64,000 bases of DNA from the human T2T-CHM13v2.0 reference genome, Homo sapiens (GCF_009914755.1 NC_060935.1), one strand, 5' to 3'; numbered from the stretch's first letter, positions 16,579-48,495 are shown. Translations and numbers: made by a program. Notes: a model not told the origin generated them from the sequence alone.

Positions 16579-16828
16579 TCATCTGCCAAGGTCACCAGCT
16601 AGTGGGTTGGGAGCTGGGACCTGTCAGCTCTTCACCATGACATGGTGGTGGCCCTGTGGGCATTTGGCAGGGTGTGGTGTTTCTGCTGTGAGGTGGGGGA
16701 CCCAGGAAGAGCAGCCACCCATATCCAGCCTTGCAGGCCCAGAAAGAGCCCAGTGAGTGGGGTGGGATGAAGGTCAGGCCAGGAGCTCCAGCCAGTCAGC
16801 CCCCAGACCCCGCATCTCTCCCTTGTAG

Positions 16829-16942
16829 CTGGGGCCTGGCGCCTGAAGCAGCTGCTCAGCTTCGCCCTGGGGGGACTCTTGGGCAATGTGTTTCTGCATC
16901 TGCTGCCCGAAGCCTGGGCCTACACGTGCAGCGCCAGCCCTG
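16829..16942 (+). CDS. SLC39A13: ZIP13 exon 3
   Basis: AGAWRLKQLLSFALGGLLGNVFLHLLPEAWAYTCSASP, AG/GT borders. Confidence 0.97.
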
Positions 16943-17248
16943 GTAAGTGAGGCCACACGCCAGGGGCAAGACAGTGCCAGGAGTGGGGGCCTGGTGCCCA
17001 CGCCCAGGGATGGCCAGGATGACCAGGAGAGGGATTCTGGGTTTCTGGCAGGAGCTTGCCTGGGAGGGAGGGAGGGTCATTGTCCTGGTCTCTGGGCCCT
17101 GGTCCCAGTGGGAGTTCTGGGCCCCAGCTGCCCAACCCACCCTTGTCACTGCCCTGGTGCCCTGGATGAGATCCCATTCCAAATGGCCCCCTCCTATGGC
17201 CCTGGCTTGGCTTGGCCTGGCCTGGCCTGGCATTGCCGCCCCCTGCAG

Positions 17249-17370
17249 GTGGTGAGGGGCAGAGCCTGCAGCAGCAGCAACAGCTGGGGCTGTGGGTCAT
17301 TGCTGGCATCCTGACCTTCCTGGCGTTGGAGAAGATGTTCCTGGACAGCAAGGAGGAGGGGACCAGCCAG
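17249..17370 (+). CDS. SLC39A13: ZIP13 exon 4
   Basis: GGEGQSLQQQQQLGLWVIAGILTFLALEKMFLDSKEEGTSQ. Confidence 0.97.
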
Positions 17371-17637
17371 GTGGGCCCCACACTCAAGGGCCTGGATATA
17401 TCAGCCTCTGTTCTGTGGTAGTGCCCGGGGCCTGGAGGCCCAGGGTCTGAGTTGAGCCCTGAAAAGAGGGGTCTCCTGGCCCTCTCCTGGGAGCTGCGGG
17501 AGGTTGGGCCACCTTCTTTGGGACTGACACCATTAGCCCCTGATGTAGCTTGTTCTGGTAGCCTGATGGTGACAGCAGTTGGGGAGGGTTTGTTGAGTTT
17601 GGGGGCACCCAACTGATATAGCAGCAGAGGATTCTAG

Positions 17638-18299
<662 letters not shown>

Positions 18300-18302
18300 T
18301 AG

Positions 18303-18410
18303 GCCCCCAACAAAGACCCCACTGCTGCTGCCGCCGCGCTCAATGGAGGCCACTGTCTGGCCCAGCCGGCTGCAGAGCCCGGCCTCGGTGCCGTGGTCCG
18401 GAGCATCAAA
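18303..18410 (+). CDS. SLC39A13: ZIP13 exon 5
   Basis: APNKDPTAAAAALNGGHCLAQPAAEPGLGAVVRSIK. Confidence 0.96.
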
Positions 18411-18499
18411 GTGAGTGGCCTGCTCAGGGCCCCTGCAGCCGTACTGCCCTGAGTGGCCAGCCCCACTCAGCCCTGCCTCCTGCCTTCCCTCCTTCCCAG

Positions 18500-18589
18500 G
18501 TCAGCGGCTACCTCAACCTGCTGGCCAACACCATCGATAACTTCACCCACGGGCTGGCTGTGGCTGCCAGCTTCCTTGTGAGCAAGAAG
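18500..18589 (+). CDS. SLC39A13: ZIP13 exon 6 (TM4)
   Basis: VSGYLNLLANTIDNFTHGLAVAASFLVSKK. Confidence 0.97.
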
Positions 18590-19327
18590 GTGAGGGGCTT
18601 GGGGCCAGTGGGGCTCTGGCGATTCCAGTGGCAGCCATGTGGATTCCACCTGTGTCTGGAGTCTCTGCTTCTTGCCCCTCCATTGCCAGCGCCCTCATCT
18701 AAGGCTCTCATCCCCCATCCTCCCTGCTGCTGTCCTGGCCGCCACTGTTCTCTGATCCTGAGCCCCTGGTCTGTTCCTGTTCCCAGTACTCCTTGTTGGG
18801 TGCCTCTGTCAAGCTGCTAGGCGTGGCCCCTGCCTGCTCCTAGATGCTTCTTCCTCTACCTCCTCCCTCTGGCCTCTGGCCTCTGGCCCAGAGGCAGCCT
18901 ACTCTGCAGCTGGCCGAGATCTTTCCCACCTCACACTGTTCCCCCTGCCTGGAATGTTCTCCCGCCCACGCTTCGAGCGGCTGACGACTCATCCTTGGGG
19001 CCTCGACTTACATGGACTCCTCCACCAGGCCTTTGCTGACCTCCTCATCTAAATTTGGTTCCTGGGCCTGCTCCCCTGGGCACTCTATCCATCCTTTCCT
19101 TCCCAGCGCCTGTGAGTGTGTGAGTGAGTCCTGTCTCTCCCCTCTATACCGCTAGCTTCGTGAAGGCAGGTTCCTTGTCCCCTTTAGTCACTGCTGTATT
19201 TCCAGTGGCCAACACAGTGCCCACCCAGAGCCAGCTCAGAGCAGAGTAAACCTCTGTGGAATGAGTGGGCGAGTGGGGTGCTCAGCCCTCAACACAGACC
19301 CCGCAGCCACGGCTCCCCTCCCTGCAG

Positions 19328-19378
19328 ATCGGGCTCCTGACAACCATGGCCATCCTCCTGCATGAGATCCCCCATGAG
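19328..19378 (+). CDS. SLC39A13: ZIP13 exon 7 (HEXPHE motif)
   Basis: IGLLTTMAILLHEIPHE, the LIV-1 subfamily signature. Confidence 0.97.
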
Positions 19379-19679
19379 GTGAGCGCTTGTAGGGCAGCCC
19401 CCAGGGGCCCAGGCCCCCACAGTGCCCATGATCAGCATGGGTGTGGAGCTCAGGAGGGTGTGGGGCTGGGCCTGTCCAGCATGGCACTCTGGGGCTGGGC
19501 TGTGAGGGCTGGAGCTCCTCACCCCAGCAGCCTGCAGCTGCCATCTCTGCCATACTCAGGATGGGGGTCCCAGGGGAAGGGTGGGGAAGGGCAGGGGGCT
19601 CAGTGTGTATATCGTACCTGAGCACTCAGGGCATCAGGCCCCGCTGGGGCGCAGGGTGAACCTCTGGACCTCCCTTCAG

Positions 19680-19812
19680 GTGGGCGACTTTGCCATCCTG
19701 CTCCGGGCCGGCTTTGACCGATGGAGCGCAGCCAAGCTGCAACTCTCAACAGCGCTGGGGGGCCTACTGGGCGCTGGCTTCGCCATCTGTACCCAGTCCC
19801 CCAAGGGAGTAG
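19680..19812 (+). CDS. SLC39A13: ZIP13 exon 8
   Basis: VGDFAILLRAGFDRWSAAKLQLSTALGGLLGAGFAICTQSPKGV. Confidence 0.96.
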
Positions 19813-19941
19813 GTACGGGCGTGGCGGGTGGTTGTGGCGGGTGGCATCAGCAGAGGGGCACCAGCCAAAGGGTGTGGCTACCTCACTGCTGGTCCCCAGG
19901 CCCGGGAGGTGGGGAGCACACACAGTGCCTTGGGTACCCAG

Positions 19942-20062
19942 TTGGGTGTTCTCCCGCTGCAGAGGAGACGGCAGCCTGGGTCCTGCCCTTCACCTCTGGC
20001 GGCTTTCTCTACATCGCCTTGGTGAACGTGCTCCCTGACCTCTTGGAAGAAGAGGACCCGTG
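19942..20062 (+). CDS. SLC39A13: ZIP13 exon 9 (alternative acceptor at 19963)
   Basis: VGCSPAAEETAAWVLPFTSGGFLYIALVNVLPDLLEEEDPW. Confidence 0.95.
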
Positions 20063-20190
20063 GTGAGTGACCTGTTGGAGGAAGAGGACTGCCACTCACA
20101 GGGCCCTTAGGGGCTCAGGAGGGAAGGGCTCCTGGCCGCTGCCTGCTCCCCCTGCCCATGCCTCCACCGTGAGCCGTTCCCTCCCCACAG

Positions 20191-20266
20191 GCGCTCCCTG
20201 CAGCAGCTGCTTCTGCTCTGTGCGGGCATCGTGGTAATGGTGCTGTTCTCGCTCTTCGTGGATTAA
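20191..20266 (+). CDS. SLC39A13: ZIP13 exon 10 coding part and stop
   Basis: RSLQQLLLLCAGIVVMVLFSLFVD-TAA. The summed CDS is 1116 nt = 371 aa. Confidence 0.97.
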
Positions 20267-21381
20267 CTTTCCCTGATGCCGACGCCCCTGCCCCCTGCAG
20301 CAATAAGATGCTCGGATTCACTCTGTGACCGCATATGTGAGAGGCAGAGAGGGCGAGTGGCTGCGAGAGAGAATGAGCCTCCCGCCAGACAGGAGGGAGG
20401 TGCGTGTGGATGTATGTGGTGTGCACATGTGGCCAGAGGTGTGTGCGCGAGACCGACACTGTGATCCCTGTGCTGGGTCCGGGGCCCAGTGTAGCGCCTG
20501 TCCCCAGCCATGCTGTGGTTACCTCTCCTTGCCGCCCTGTCACCTTCACCTCCTGGAGTAAGCAGCGAGGAAGAGCAGCACTGGTCCCAAGCAGAGGCCT
20601 TGCCCTGCTGGGACCCCGGGAGTGAGAGCAGCCCAAGGATCCCAGGGTGCAGGGAACTCCAGAGCTGCCCACCTCCCACTGCCCCCTCAGCACACACACA
20701 GTCCCCAGGCGGCCTAGGGGCCAAGGCTGGGGCGGCTTTGGTCCCTTTTCCTGGCCCTTCCTTCCCCACTTCTAAGCCAAAGAAAGGAGAGGCAGGTGCT
20801 CCTGTACCCCAGCCCCACTCAGCACTGACAGTCCCCAGCTCCTAGTAGTGAGCTGGGAGGCGCTTCCTAAGACCCTTTCCTCAGGGCTGCCCTGGGAGCT
20901 CATTCCTGGCCAACACGCCCTGGCAGCACCAGCAGCTCTTGCCACCTCCAGCTGCCAAACAGCAGCCTGCCGGGCAGGGAGCAGCCCCAGGCCAGAGAGG
21001 CCTCCCGGTCCAGCTCAGGGATGCTCCTGCCAGCACAGGGGCCAGGGACTCCTGGAGCAGGCACATAGTGAGCCCGGGCAGCCCTGCCCAGCTCAGGCCC
21101 CTTTCCTTCCCCATTGAGGTTGGGGTAGGTGGGGGCGGTGAGGGCTCCACGTTGTCAGCGCTCAGGAATGTGCTCCGGCAGAGTGCTGAAGCCATAATCC
21201 CCAACCATTTCCCTTGGCTGACGCCCAGGTACTCAGCTGGCCCACTCCACAGCCAGGCCTGGCCCTGCCCTTCACCGTGGATGTTTTCAGAAGTGGCCAT
21301 CGAGAGGTCTGGATGGTTTTATAGCAACTTTGCTGTGATTCCGTTTGTATCTGTAAATATTTGTTCTATAGATAAGATACA

Positions 21382-21387
21382 AATAAA
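21382..21387 (+). terminator. SLC39A13: SLC39A13 polyadenylation signal
   Basis: AATAAA in an AT-rich patch with upstream TGTA elements, giving a ~1.1 kb 3'UTR. Confidence 0.85.
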
Positions 21388-21543
21388 TATTATCCACATA
21401 CTGGCTGCCTTGGTTCTGCACGGCCTTCCATGGCCAGGCAGGGCCTTCCTTACTGCCACTGCCAGGCCCTTGTCTCTGAACTGTCACCCCAGTGCATCTC
21501 TGAACGTTCCATGTCTTCCTGGCTTAACTTTTTATTCCAATGA

Positions 21544-22385
<842 letters not shown>

Positions 22386-23693
22386 AATATGGGACCCTTA
22401 TTCAAAACCACACACCCTCCCTTCTGAATGTGTGGAGTATAAGAACACCAGGCGCAGGGCGCCCCTTCCCCAGTCCTGTCAAGAGAATGGGGGTGGGGGT
22501 GTCCAGTCCACCTCTTCCCTCCCAGGACCACCGTCAATAGCCCACTGGCTGGGATCTGCAGTCTGGGCAGTGTCATGGAGCGTGGGAGAGGTGGGTGTGA
22601 AACCCCAGTGATGTCCTTAGCTGGGAGTGCTTGGCTGTCAGTATTTCTATCAGCAAAACATTTTAAAACAACATAGTATTTGCTTCACCTAGCTGCAACA
22701 CATCCCGTAAGATAACTGTCTCAAGGACCCATTGACTCCTGGCCTCAGATCCAAGGAATGAGCCATGGCCGTCCCAGCCGGCTGCCCCCCTCACCTATGC
22801 AGGTGCTCAGGGCTGCTAGCTGGGGTGCCAAGCCCTGCTGGATGGCAGACAGTGCGTGCAAGCATCACAGCCCACTGGAAGAGGCCGGGGGCCCCATTTT
22901 AGAGATGAGGAACCCAAAGCAGGGTGGGTGTGGTCCCTGTGGGGGAACTTGGGTGTCATGGTCAGGAGCAAATGCCCTGTCCGGTTAGAAGAGAGAACAG
23001 GAATGGAGGACTGGGGCGGCCAAGTCCAGGGCAGGGGACAGAAACAGAAGCACTTCAGGGGTTGTGCTGCTGGACTCCTGAGGCAGGGGCTGGGGAGTCA
23101 GTGGGAAGCCAAGCAGGGCCACCCAGGGAAGGCAAGGGGCCAGCTGGAGTGAAGAGATGGCAGAATTGGGGGAGGGGAGCACAGCGTGACAGACCAGTCC
23201 TAGAGGGGCTCCCAGTGGATCCTGTTCAGGCTCAGTTTTTGGCCAAAGATAGGGAGAGAAAGAGCTAAGGGGGTATCTGGAGAAAAGGGGGCCCAAGGGC
23301 CAGGAAACAAGGGAGGATGCTGAAAGCCTAAACCCAAGCCTGGCTTTACCAGGAGGCAAGGACTAGTGCCAGACACCAAAATGCCGAAAGTGAAAGGGTG
23401 GCTTCTATCCAGGTCCTCTGTGCAGGAACTGCAGGGCCATGAGCCTCTGAAAGCTCAGAGCAGAGTGGTGCTCGGGGAGAGAGGGCTCTGAGGGGCCTGA
23501 AGGCCCAGGCAGCAGCTGCAGCACCACACACAGCCCCAGAAAGCCTCATCCTGACCAGTGGTATGGGGCCCACGGCTGTCTCCGGGTTTCCAGGCGTCAG
23601 CACCTGGGGAAGGTGCCTCCCACACACGCCCCCACACCTCCAGCCAGAGCCCAGGGAAGGCAGACAAGCAGCGGCAGGGACCCTAAACCATCT

Positions 23694-23699
23694 TTTATT
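23694..23699 (-). terminator. PSMC3: PSMC3 polyadenylation signal
   Basis: TTTATT (AATAAA on -) 40 nt after the stop codon. Confidence 0.88.
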
Positions 23700-23738
23700 G
23701 CGCACTTCAGCCGTGAGACTGGGGCTGGCCTGTGTGCC

Positions 23739-24127
<389 letters not shown>

Positions 24128-24420
24128 TCAGTGGCTTATGCGGAATGGGCAGAGGGGCCAAATATCCTCCCCTGGCCCCGTCAAGCAACAAAGTCAAGTT
24201 GCCCTGTGATCAGAGGCAAGTCCCTTACTCAATGCGCCTTGTTTTCTTCTCAGTACAAGATGTGGGGGATGAAGGGAGGAAGTTAATGCAGGTTATAACA
24301 GGTTATTTCTAGGGTCTCTTGAGCTCTGGCCTTCTAGAAATCTGCATCTGGGACTCCAGGGACTGACTGTCCTCATCCTGTGCCCAGCACTGCGCTTGAC
24401 ACTGTCACATCTAATCCTTA

Positions 24421-24821
<401 letters not shown>

Positions 24822-25166
24822 TCAAACATATCTGAACTCAAGTCCATCTGGTCCCGGCCATTCCTGGCGTGTGTTAATGGGCTGAGGTGTGAGGCCAGGA
24901 AACTAAGTGCCTCCAGCCTCTGTGCCTTCAGATGAGGGGTGGAGTCTAAGGAGCAGAGCACCCAGAATTACGACATGGGCCCTGGCAAGACGCTACATCA
25001 CACAACTGAGGAGAAATGGAGGCTGGCGTGTGGAACGGTGCTGTGTGTGCCTGGGGCCTGGGAGGTGGTGGTCGTGGAGGCTGGGGAAGATCAGTACAGA
25101 GAAGCATGGCAGAGACATCCTCCTGCGCCTGTTCAGGTCTCTGTGCCCTGCCCGTGCTCCTGCTCA

Positions 25167-25352
<186 letters not shown>

Positions 25353-25534
25353 TCACAGATGGGCAGACACGGTCAAAAAAGGCAGAGAGGCAGCCCCCAG
25401 AGTGCAGGTGAGACACATGGGATGTTAAAGACAGATCCCAATTCTCATTCCAGCTCCACCACTGGCTAGCTGGGGGCCTGACAGCTCCTGACCTCTGAGC
25501 CTCATCATCTTTGCCTGGGAGTGCTAATACTCAC

Positions 25535-25631
25535 CTTAACTTGGGTGTTGGGCTGGAAGCCATCCAGCTGGTTCAGAAGCTCCAGCATTGTCCTCTGCAC
25601 CTCCCGGTCCCCAGCCTTCTCACTGTCAAAG
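25535..25631 (-). CDS. PSMC3: PSMC3 exon 9
   Basis: [32 protein letters not shown]. Confidence 0.98.
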
Positions 25632-25835
25632 CTAGGGCACAGGAAGCCCGAGATGCTGGTGAGGGCACAGCTTAGGCAGAGCCCTCCCCTCCTCTACCCC
25701 CTGGAAGCCTAACCTAACCCGTCCAGGGCAGGGAAATGGCTCACTCAACTTGGGGCCCCCAGCCCAGGGACTGGCACATAAAAAGTGTCATTAATTGTTG
25801 ACCACATTCAGAGACTGAAGAGACTCCTAGAATCA

Positions 25836-27239
<1,404 letters not shown>

Positions 27240-27470
27240 CAGATTCCTGTTTTGAAAGGAACATGCTGGCAGCTGTGGGAATGAATGGCTGGGGAAACAG
27301 GGAGGCTATTGATCAGGAGTTAGGAATTGGAATCTCAAGAGTTGAGGAGCCACCATCCAGGGGCAGGAGGGGATACAGGGTGGGAAGGAACCACAATTTA
27401 GCACAACTGAGAGTCAACCCGCTTCCCCTTACCGCCACAGAGATCGCTAGGGACCCTTGGCCCTCCCTTA

Positions 27471-27967
<497 letters not shown>

Positions 27968-28015
27968 CTAACTCAGGGACACGCCCATTTCTTTCCCCAT
28001 ATCAAGAGGACACAA

Positions 28016-28793
<778 letters not shown>

Positions 28794-28900
28794 TCAGTCT
28801 CCTCACCTGTCACATGGCACCCCTCCCTTCCTCCCTAGGTTGCTATGAGGATGAAAGACACATTAGGGAGATGAGCTGCATCAATGGCGTGGAGAAACTA

Positions 28901-29080
<180 letters not shown>

Positions 29081-29313
29081 CTAAGGACACAGCACAGGGC
29101 CTTCAGATTTGGCCCAGCTCAAGGGCTACCCAACTGACTGGGTGACAGGTGTCTGCAGAGGGAAAGACACAGGACTGGGCAATACAAGAATCAAACAGCA
29201 AGTAGACAGAATCCCAGACTCTCGGAGCTGTTCTGCCAAGATTCAGAGCCAACAGTGACCTGGGGCGGGTACAGGGGCTCAGCTAGTCACCAGAAAAGCA
29301 CTGCCTGGGCTCA

Positions 29314-29626
<313 letters not shown>

Positions 29627-29804
29627 TCAGCTCCTTGAACTCCCCAAGGCCCAGTGCTTCCTAAGACAGTTCCTAATACCTGCAGGGCTGGCCATCCTTA
29701 CCTCCCTCCTCCAATAGCCCTGAGCCCACCAAACGTGGGTGCCCCTGCTAAGCCCAGGGATTGATCTCTGTGTAGGTGCTGCTCCTCTGCACAGGGCTCA
29801 TCTA

Positions 29805-30149
<345 letters not shown>

Positions 30150-30607
30150 TCAGGAGGGGAGGAGAAGCAAATATAAACCCTGGCACAGCTTATGCTAGAG
30201 CCCTGTAACTAGTGAGGTCCAGGGTGCCCAGGGGACCCTCCCGCATCCATTCATCCAGCTCTGAGGCTCTCTGAAGGCAGAGTCTGACTGTGTCCACATC
30301 CTGCAGAAGTCAAAAGAGGAGGCCAGTTTGGAAACCTCCTGGTGAAATAGTGGTAGTATTGGAATAAAAGCAGGCCTCCGAGAGAGGCAAACATAGGTTT
30401 TAGGTTCTGCCTCATAGTAAGAACTGGGTGCTTTATCGCAGTACAAACCTCTCTGGGCCTGTCTCCTCATCTGTAAAATAGGCATTTTACTAAAAGAAGG
30501 ATTCTTGAGAGGATTATTCCCAGTTCTCACTGGGAAAGGCAATCTGACAACTTCTCATCTCAGCCCAGGCCTCCCACCACCCCCTACCTGTCTTCTTGTC
30601 CCTTTTA

Positions 30608-30865
<258 letters not shown>

Positions 30866-30963
30866 TTATTTATATATTTACTTTTACTCAGGACAAGCAT
30901 CCCTCGTTCTCCGAACCCACTCACAGCCTCAGTTTCCACGCCCATAAAACCAGGATGGAGTCA

Positions 30964-31640
<677 letters not shown>

Positions 31641-31880
31641 CAATTAATAAACGACATAGGCCAGCCGTGTGCAAAGGGCCAAAAGGCATGCCACCTCAGT
31701 CCGCATTTTTACAATTATTTAAGTACAAGCTGGCCACCCGGAGTTACGGGAGGGAATCATTAACCAGCTTTAAAGAGAAATCGCTGCTGCTCCTAACGTC
31801 AGAGCAGGCTTCACGGAATTGTCCACGTGGGAAGAACTCAATTGACCATCAGCCTCTACGATTAAAAACATTATGACTCG

Positions 31881-32738
<858 letters not shown>

Positions 32739-33208
32739 TTTGCAGTAGTTTTTTTTGGAACACGGTTGAAAGCAGAATTTTTTTCTTTAAATAACAACAT
32801 GTACAGCTGCTCACTCAGGCTGACAAAGCGTCTCCTCAAGTAACAGTGCTTTATTCCATTCTCTCAACAAGCCTGCCTTGTGGACAGATTGAATTACCAT
32901 TCTCAACTTTAAATAAGCATAGGGAGGCTCAGAGAGGTTAAGTGCCTTGCTGGAGGTTATTCAGTGAGTCACTGGCAGCACTAGGACTGCTGACCCCAAA
33001 TTCTCACTTTGAGTTGCCCGATAGGAGCCAAGAAGCCCAGAGGGGAAAGACTGTCCAATCTGTGCTGGTCCCACTATGCCTGGGTCAGTTGGGTCCCATT
33101 CTGGGGCCTACTTTTGGAGATCCTGACAAATACGAATATGTTTAGAAAGCCTCCAGCCTGGGCCTAGGAGGGATGCAGACATTCTCCCCTTAACCAACTT
33201 TTAGGTAG

Positions 33209-33528
<320 letters not shown>

Positions 33529-33722
33529 TGAGCCATCTTTTTTTGACTAGGCCTTGTGGGCTGTTCCTTCATCCCTGTCATCAACCTGTCTAACCCTGTT
33601 TTCACAAAAATCCTGCTAGTCAGTTTAACGGAATCCCCCCACCCCTGATACCTCATCCCTCTTGATATATGATCCAGGTCCTCATTTATCCTTCACCTTT
33701 GAAGTATAAGCCCTTGGCCTGC

Positions 33723-36326
<2,604 letters not shown>

Positions 36327-36380
36327 TAGATTATTATGGGGACCTTTCCACTGGTCTCCTGGATTCTACCCTAACCCTCC

Positions 36381-37260
36381 TGTGATGATTAATTTTGACT
36401 GGGCCATGGGATGCCCAGGTGTTTGGTTCAACATTATTCTGGGTCTTTTTGTCAGGCTGTTTTTAGACAAGATTGACATTTAAATCAGGAGACTGAGGAA
36501 AGCAGGTTGCCCTCTCTAATGTGGGCGGGCCTCATCCTGTCAGTTGCAGGCGTTGAACAGAAAGGCTGACTCCGAGGGAGTTCTTCCTGCCAGATTCCCT
36601 TCTGACAGGCACAAAGGTCTTTTCTGCCTTTGGAGTTGAACTGAAACATTATTCTTCACAGGGCTTGAGCCTGACAGCCTTCAGAGGAGAACTACCCCAT
36701 CGGCTCTCCTGGTTCTCAGACCTTCTGAATCAGGCTGGAACAAAACCATCAAGTCTCCTCGGTCTCCAGAACTCACCCTGCAGATCTAGGGACTTGCCAG
36801 ACTCCATAATCACATGAGCCAAGTCCTTATACTACATCTCTTTATATAGCAGGTTGGTGCAGAAGTAATTGCAGTTTTTGCCATTAAAAGTACAAGCAGC
36901 CAGGCGCGGTGGCTCACGCCTGTAATCCCAGCACTTTGGGAGGCCGAGGCCGGTAGATCACCTGAGGTCAGGAATTCGAGACCAGGCTGACCAAGAGTAA
37001 CCCCGTCTCTACTAAAAATACAAAAAAAAATTAGCTGGGCGTTGGTGGTGGGCATCTGTAATCCCAGATACTCAGGACGCTGAGGCAGGGGAATTGCTTG
37101 AACCTGGGAGGTGGAGGTTGCAATGAGCTGAGATCGCACTATTGCACTCCAGCCTGTGCGACTAGACCAAGACTCCATCTCAAAACAAACAAACAAAAAA
37201 ACACAAAAAACAAAAGTACAAGCAAAAAGATCCTATTGGTTCTGTTTCTCTGGACAATGC
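36381..37260 (+). mobile_element. MLT2-type (ERVL) LTR interrupted by a partial MADE1 (36851-36895) and an Alu (36899-37212)
   Basis: TGTGATGATTAATTTT...GACTGGGCCATGGGATGCCCAG start and TCCTATTGGTTCTGTTTCTCTGGA end. Mariner TIR AGGTTGGTGCAGAAGTAATTGCAGTTTTTGCC. Confidence 0.72.
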
Positions 37261-37467
37261 TTCCTAAAATCTACTATTTTGAAAAACCCTTTATTTTGAA
37301 AAATGTTGAACATACAACAAAGTTTAAAGAATAGACAATGAACACCTGTGTACCTTTCGTCTAGATTTGCCAATTGATAACATTTTGCCACATTTGACTT
37401 TGCTCTCTCTTCCTCTGTGTGTGTACACACACACATTTATTCCCAAACCATTTCAAAGTAAGCTACA

Positions 37468-42660
<5,193 letters not shown>

Positions 42661-42714
42661 TCTACTCTTTATTGTTACAAAGAACTTATCACATTATATG
42701 AGCCTGCTAGGACT

Positions 42715-43312
<598 letters not shown>

Positions 43313-43616
43313 CCTTCAACATGGGAATCTGGGGGGACACGATTCGTCTATAGCAGCTTCCCACCAGGCTTTCCAAACTGTGTGTTTCCTGTTTATCATA
43401 TACCCTCCCACCCACTGCACGTCAGCTTCTCACTGCAGGGATCGTGTCTCTGTGGCATCCCAAGTTCCTGGAGGGGCTGCTGGAGGCCCTTGTACATATG
43501 TGCAGAGGAAACGCTTGCGTCTGAGGAAGCTCCTGTGGGGCGCCTCACTCCCACTCTCCCCACTCCTCAGACCTTGGGCATGGAAAGTCGGAATCCCTGG
43601 GACCAGGTACAAACAG

Positions 43617-43622
43617 TTTATT
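43617..43622 (-). terminator. RAPSN: RAPSN polyadenylation signal
   Basis: TTTATT (AATAAA on -) ~190 nt after the stop codon. Confidence 0.85.
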
Positions 43623-43813
43623 TTTCTATAAAGAGCAAAGTACAAAGAGGCAGGGAGGGGAGCTGGGCCCAGGGGAGCAGCCCTGGGCAGGCCCCAAGGC
43701 CTTGGCTATGGTGAGGACGACCTGGCAGCTGCCCCAGGAGTAAATGGGCCTCTGGCGTGCAGTGGAGAAAGAGCAGGAGTGGCGAGGAGGAAGCCCACGC
43801 CTGCTGCCAGGAG

Positions 43814-44480
<667 letters not shown>

Positions 44481-44500
44481 TAGTATTATTGCTGTGATTA

Positions 44501-44839
<339 letters not shown>

Positions 44840-44949
44840 TCAGCCACTTCCCTGTCTTGCTGATGGACCTTGGAAAAATGTCCTGCCCTCTCTGGGACCT
44901 TGCTTCCTTTCATGCAGAATGAGGCGGTGGGTGAGATCAGAAGACTTCA

Positions 44950-46910
<1,961 letters not shown>

Positions 46911-46998
46911 TGAGTAGGCTCAGGAAGGCCCTTCCCCAGACCCAAGTTCCCCACTTGGGCCCTTGACCCCAGATCCAGGACACAGAATCAAGTCTGAC

Positions 46999-47052
46999 CT
47001 TGTTCCCCACCTCCTCGGCCAGATCCTGGGCTCTCTCGATGGCATCCAGAGC
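46999..47052 (-). CDS. RAPSN: Rapsyn exon 6
   Basis: ALDAIERAQDLAEEVGNK. Confidence 0.96.
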
Positions 47053-47360
47053 CTGGAAGGTGAGCATAGGCCAGGGCTGCGGGCAGAGCTGTCTGACAGG
47101 CCTTGCTCACAGGGAAGCACAGGGTAGGGGGGCAGGCCTAGGGAGGGTGACATGGCAGCTGCCTTGTGTGTGAAGGCAGCAGGAAGAGACTAGGGCACAG
47201 TCATAGGGGCTGTGTGGGCAAGTGACCTCCTGCCTCAGTTTACCCAGGGTTCCAGCCCTTTACTAGCTGTGGGTCCTAGGGCAAGTGATGGGCCTTCTCT
47301 GAGCCTGGAAAATGACCAGGAATGTCCTGGCCTCGTAGGATCAGGGTGAGGCTGACGTCA

Positions 47361-47761
<401 letters not shown>

Positions 47762-48495
47762 CTGCGAGGGAGGCCAGTGGCTCAGGCCTACTCCTCTGCC
47801 ACCACCACTGGAGTGCCCTCCCCTCAACAGACCCCTCTGAAGGGACAGCCCAGGGAAGCAACATCCTCAGAGCCTAGTGAATCTATCATGGTGCTGAGGG
47901 CTCACACACTGAACCACTGAAGTCACAGCACCCAGCAAGGTGGGTGGAAAGTGAGGCTCAAAGAGAAGTGACTTGATTGGGGTCACCCAGTAAGTGACAA
48001 AGCTGGGATGTGAACCCAGGTCAGTGGGACTCCAGAAACTGGCCCTCTTCCGTCTCTACCCTTCAAAGTACCCCATATAGGGTGTTGGGGCAGAAGGAAG
48101 CCCCCTCCCCTGCAGATGGATTGGAAGGGAGTGGGTTTGGGATGAGGCTGGGGGACAAATGTTTCCTTCAGGGGTTCAGCTGTAGAGAACTCATCTCATT
48201 TAAAAAATAAAAACTGGGCCAGGCACAAGTGGCTCATGCCTGGAATCCCAGCACTTTGGGAGGCCAAGACACGAGGATCGCTTCAGCACAGGAGGGTGGT
48301 TTAGTGAGACCCCGTCTCTACAAAAATAAAATTAGCTGTGCATGGTGGTGCACGCCTTTAGAGAGGCTGGGCCAGAGGCAAGCCCTAGGGGGCTTCCATG
48401 GGCTGATTTGGAAGAAGGAAGCCCTGCTGTCCCAGGCCCCAGCCCCTGGCCCACACCACCTCATCCCCGACCTGCCCCCTTCCCCGCTGCCCCAC

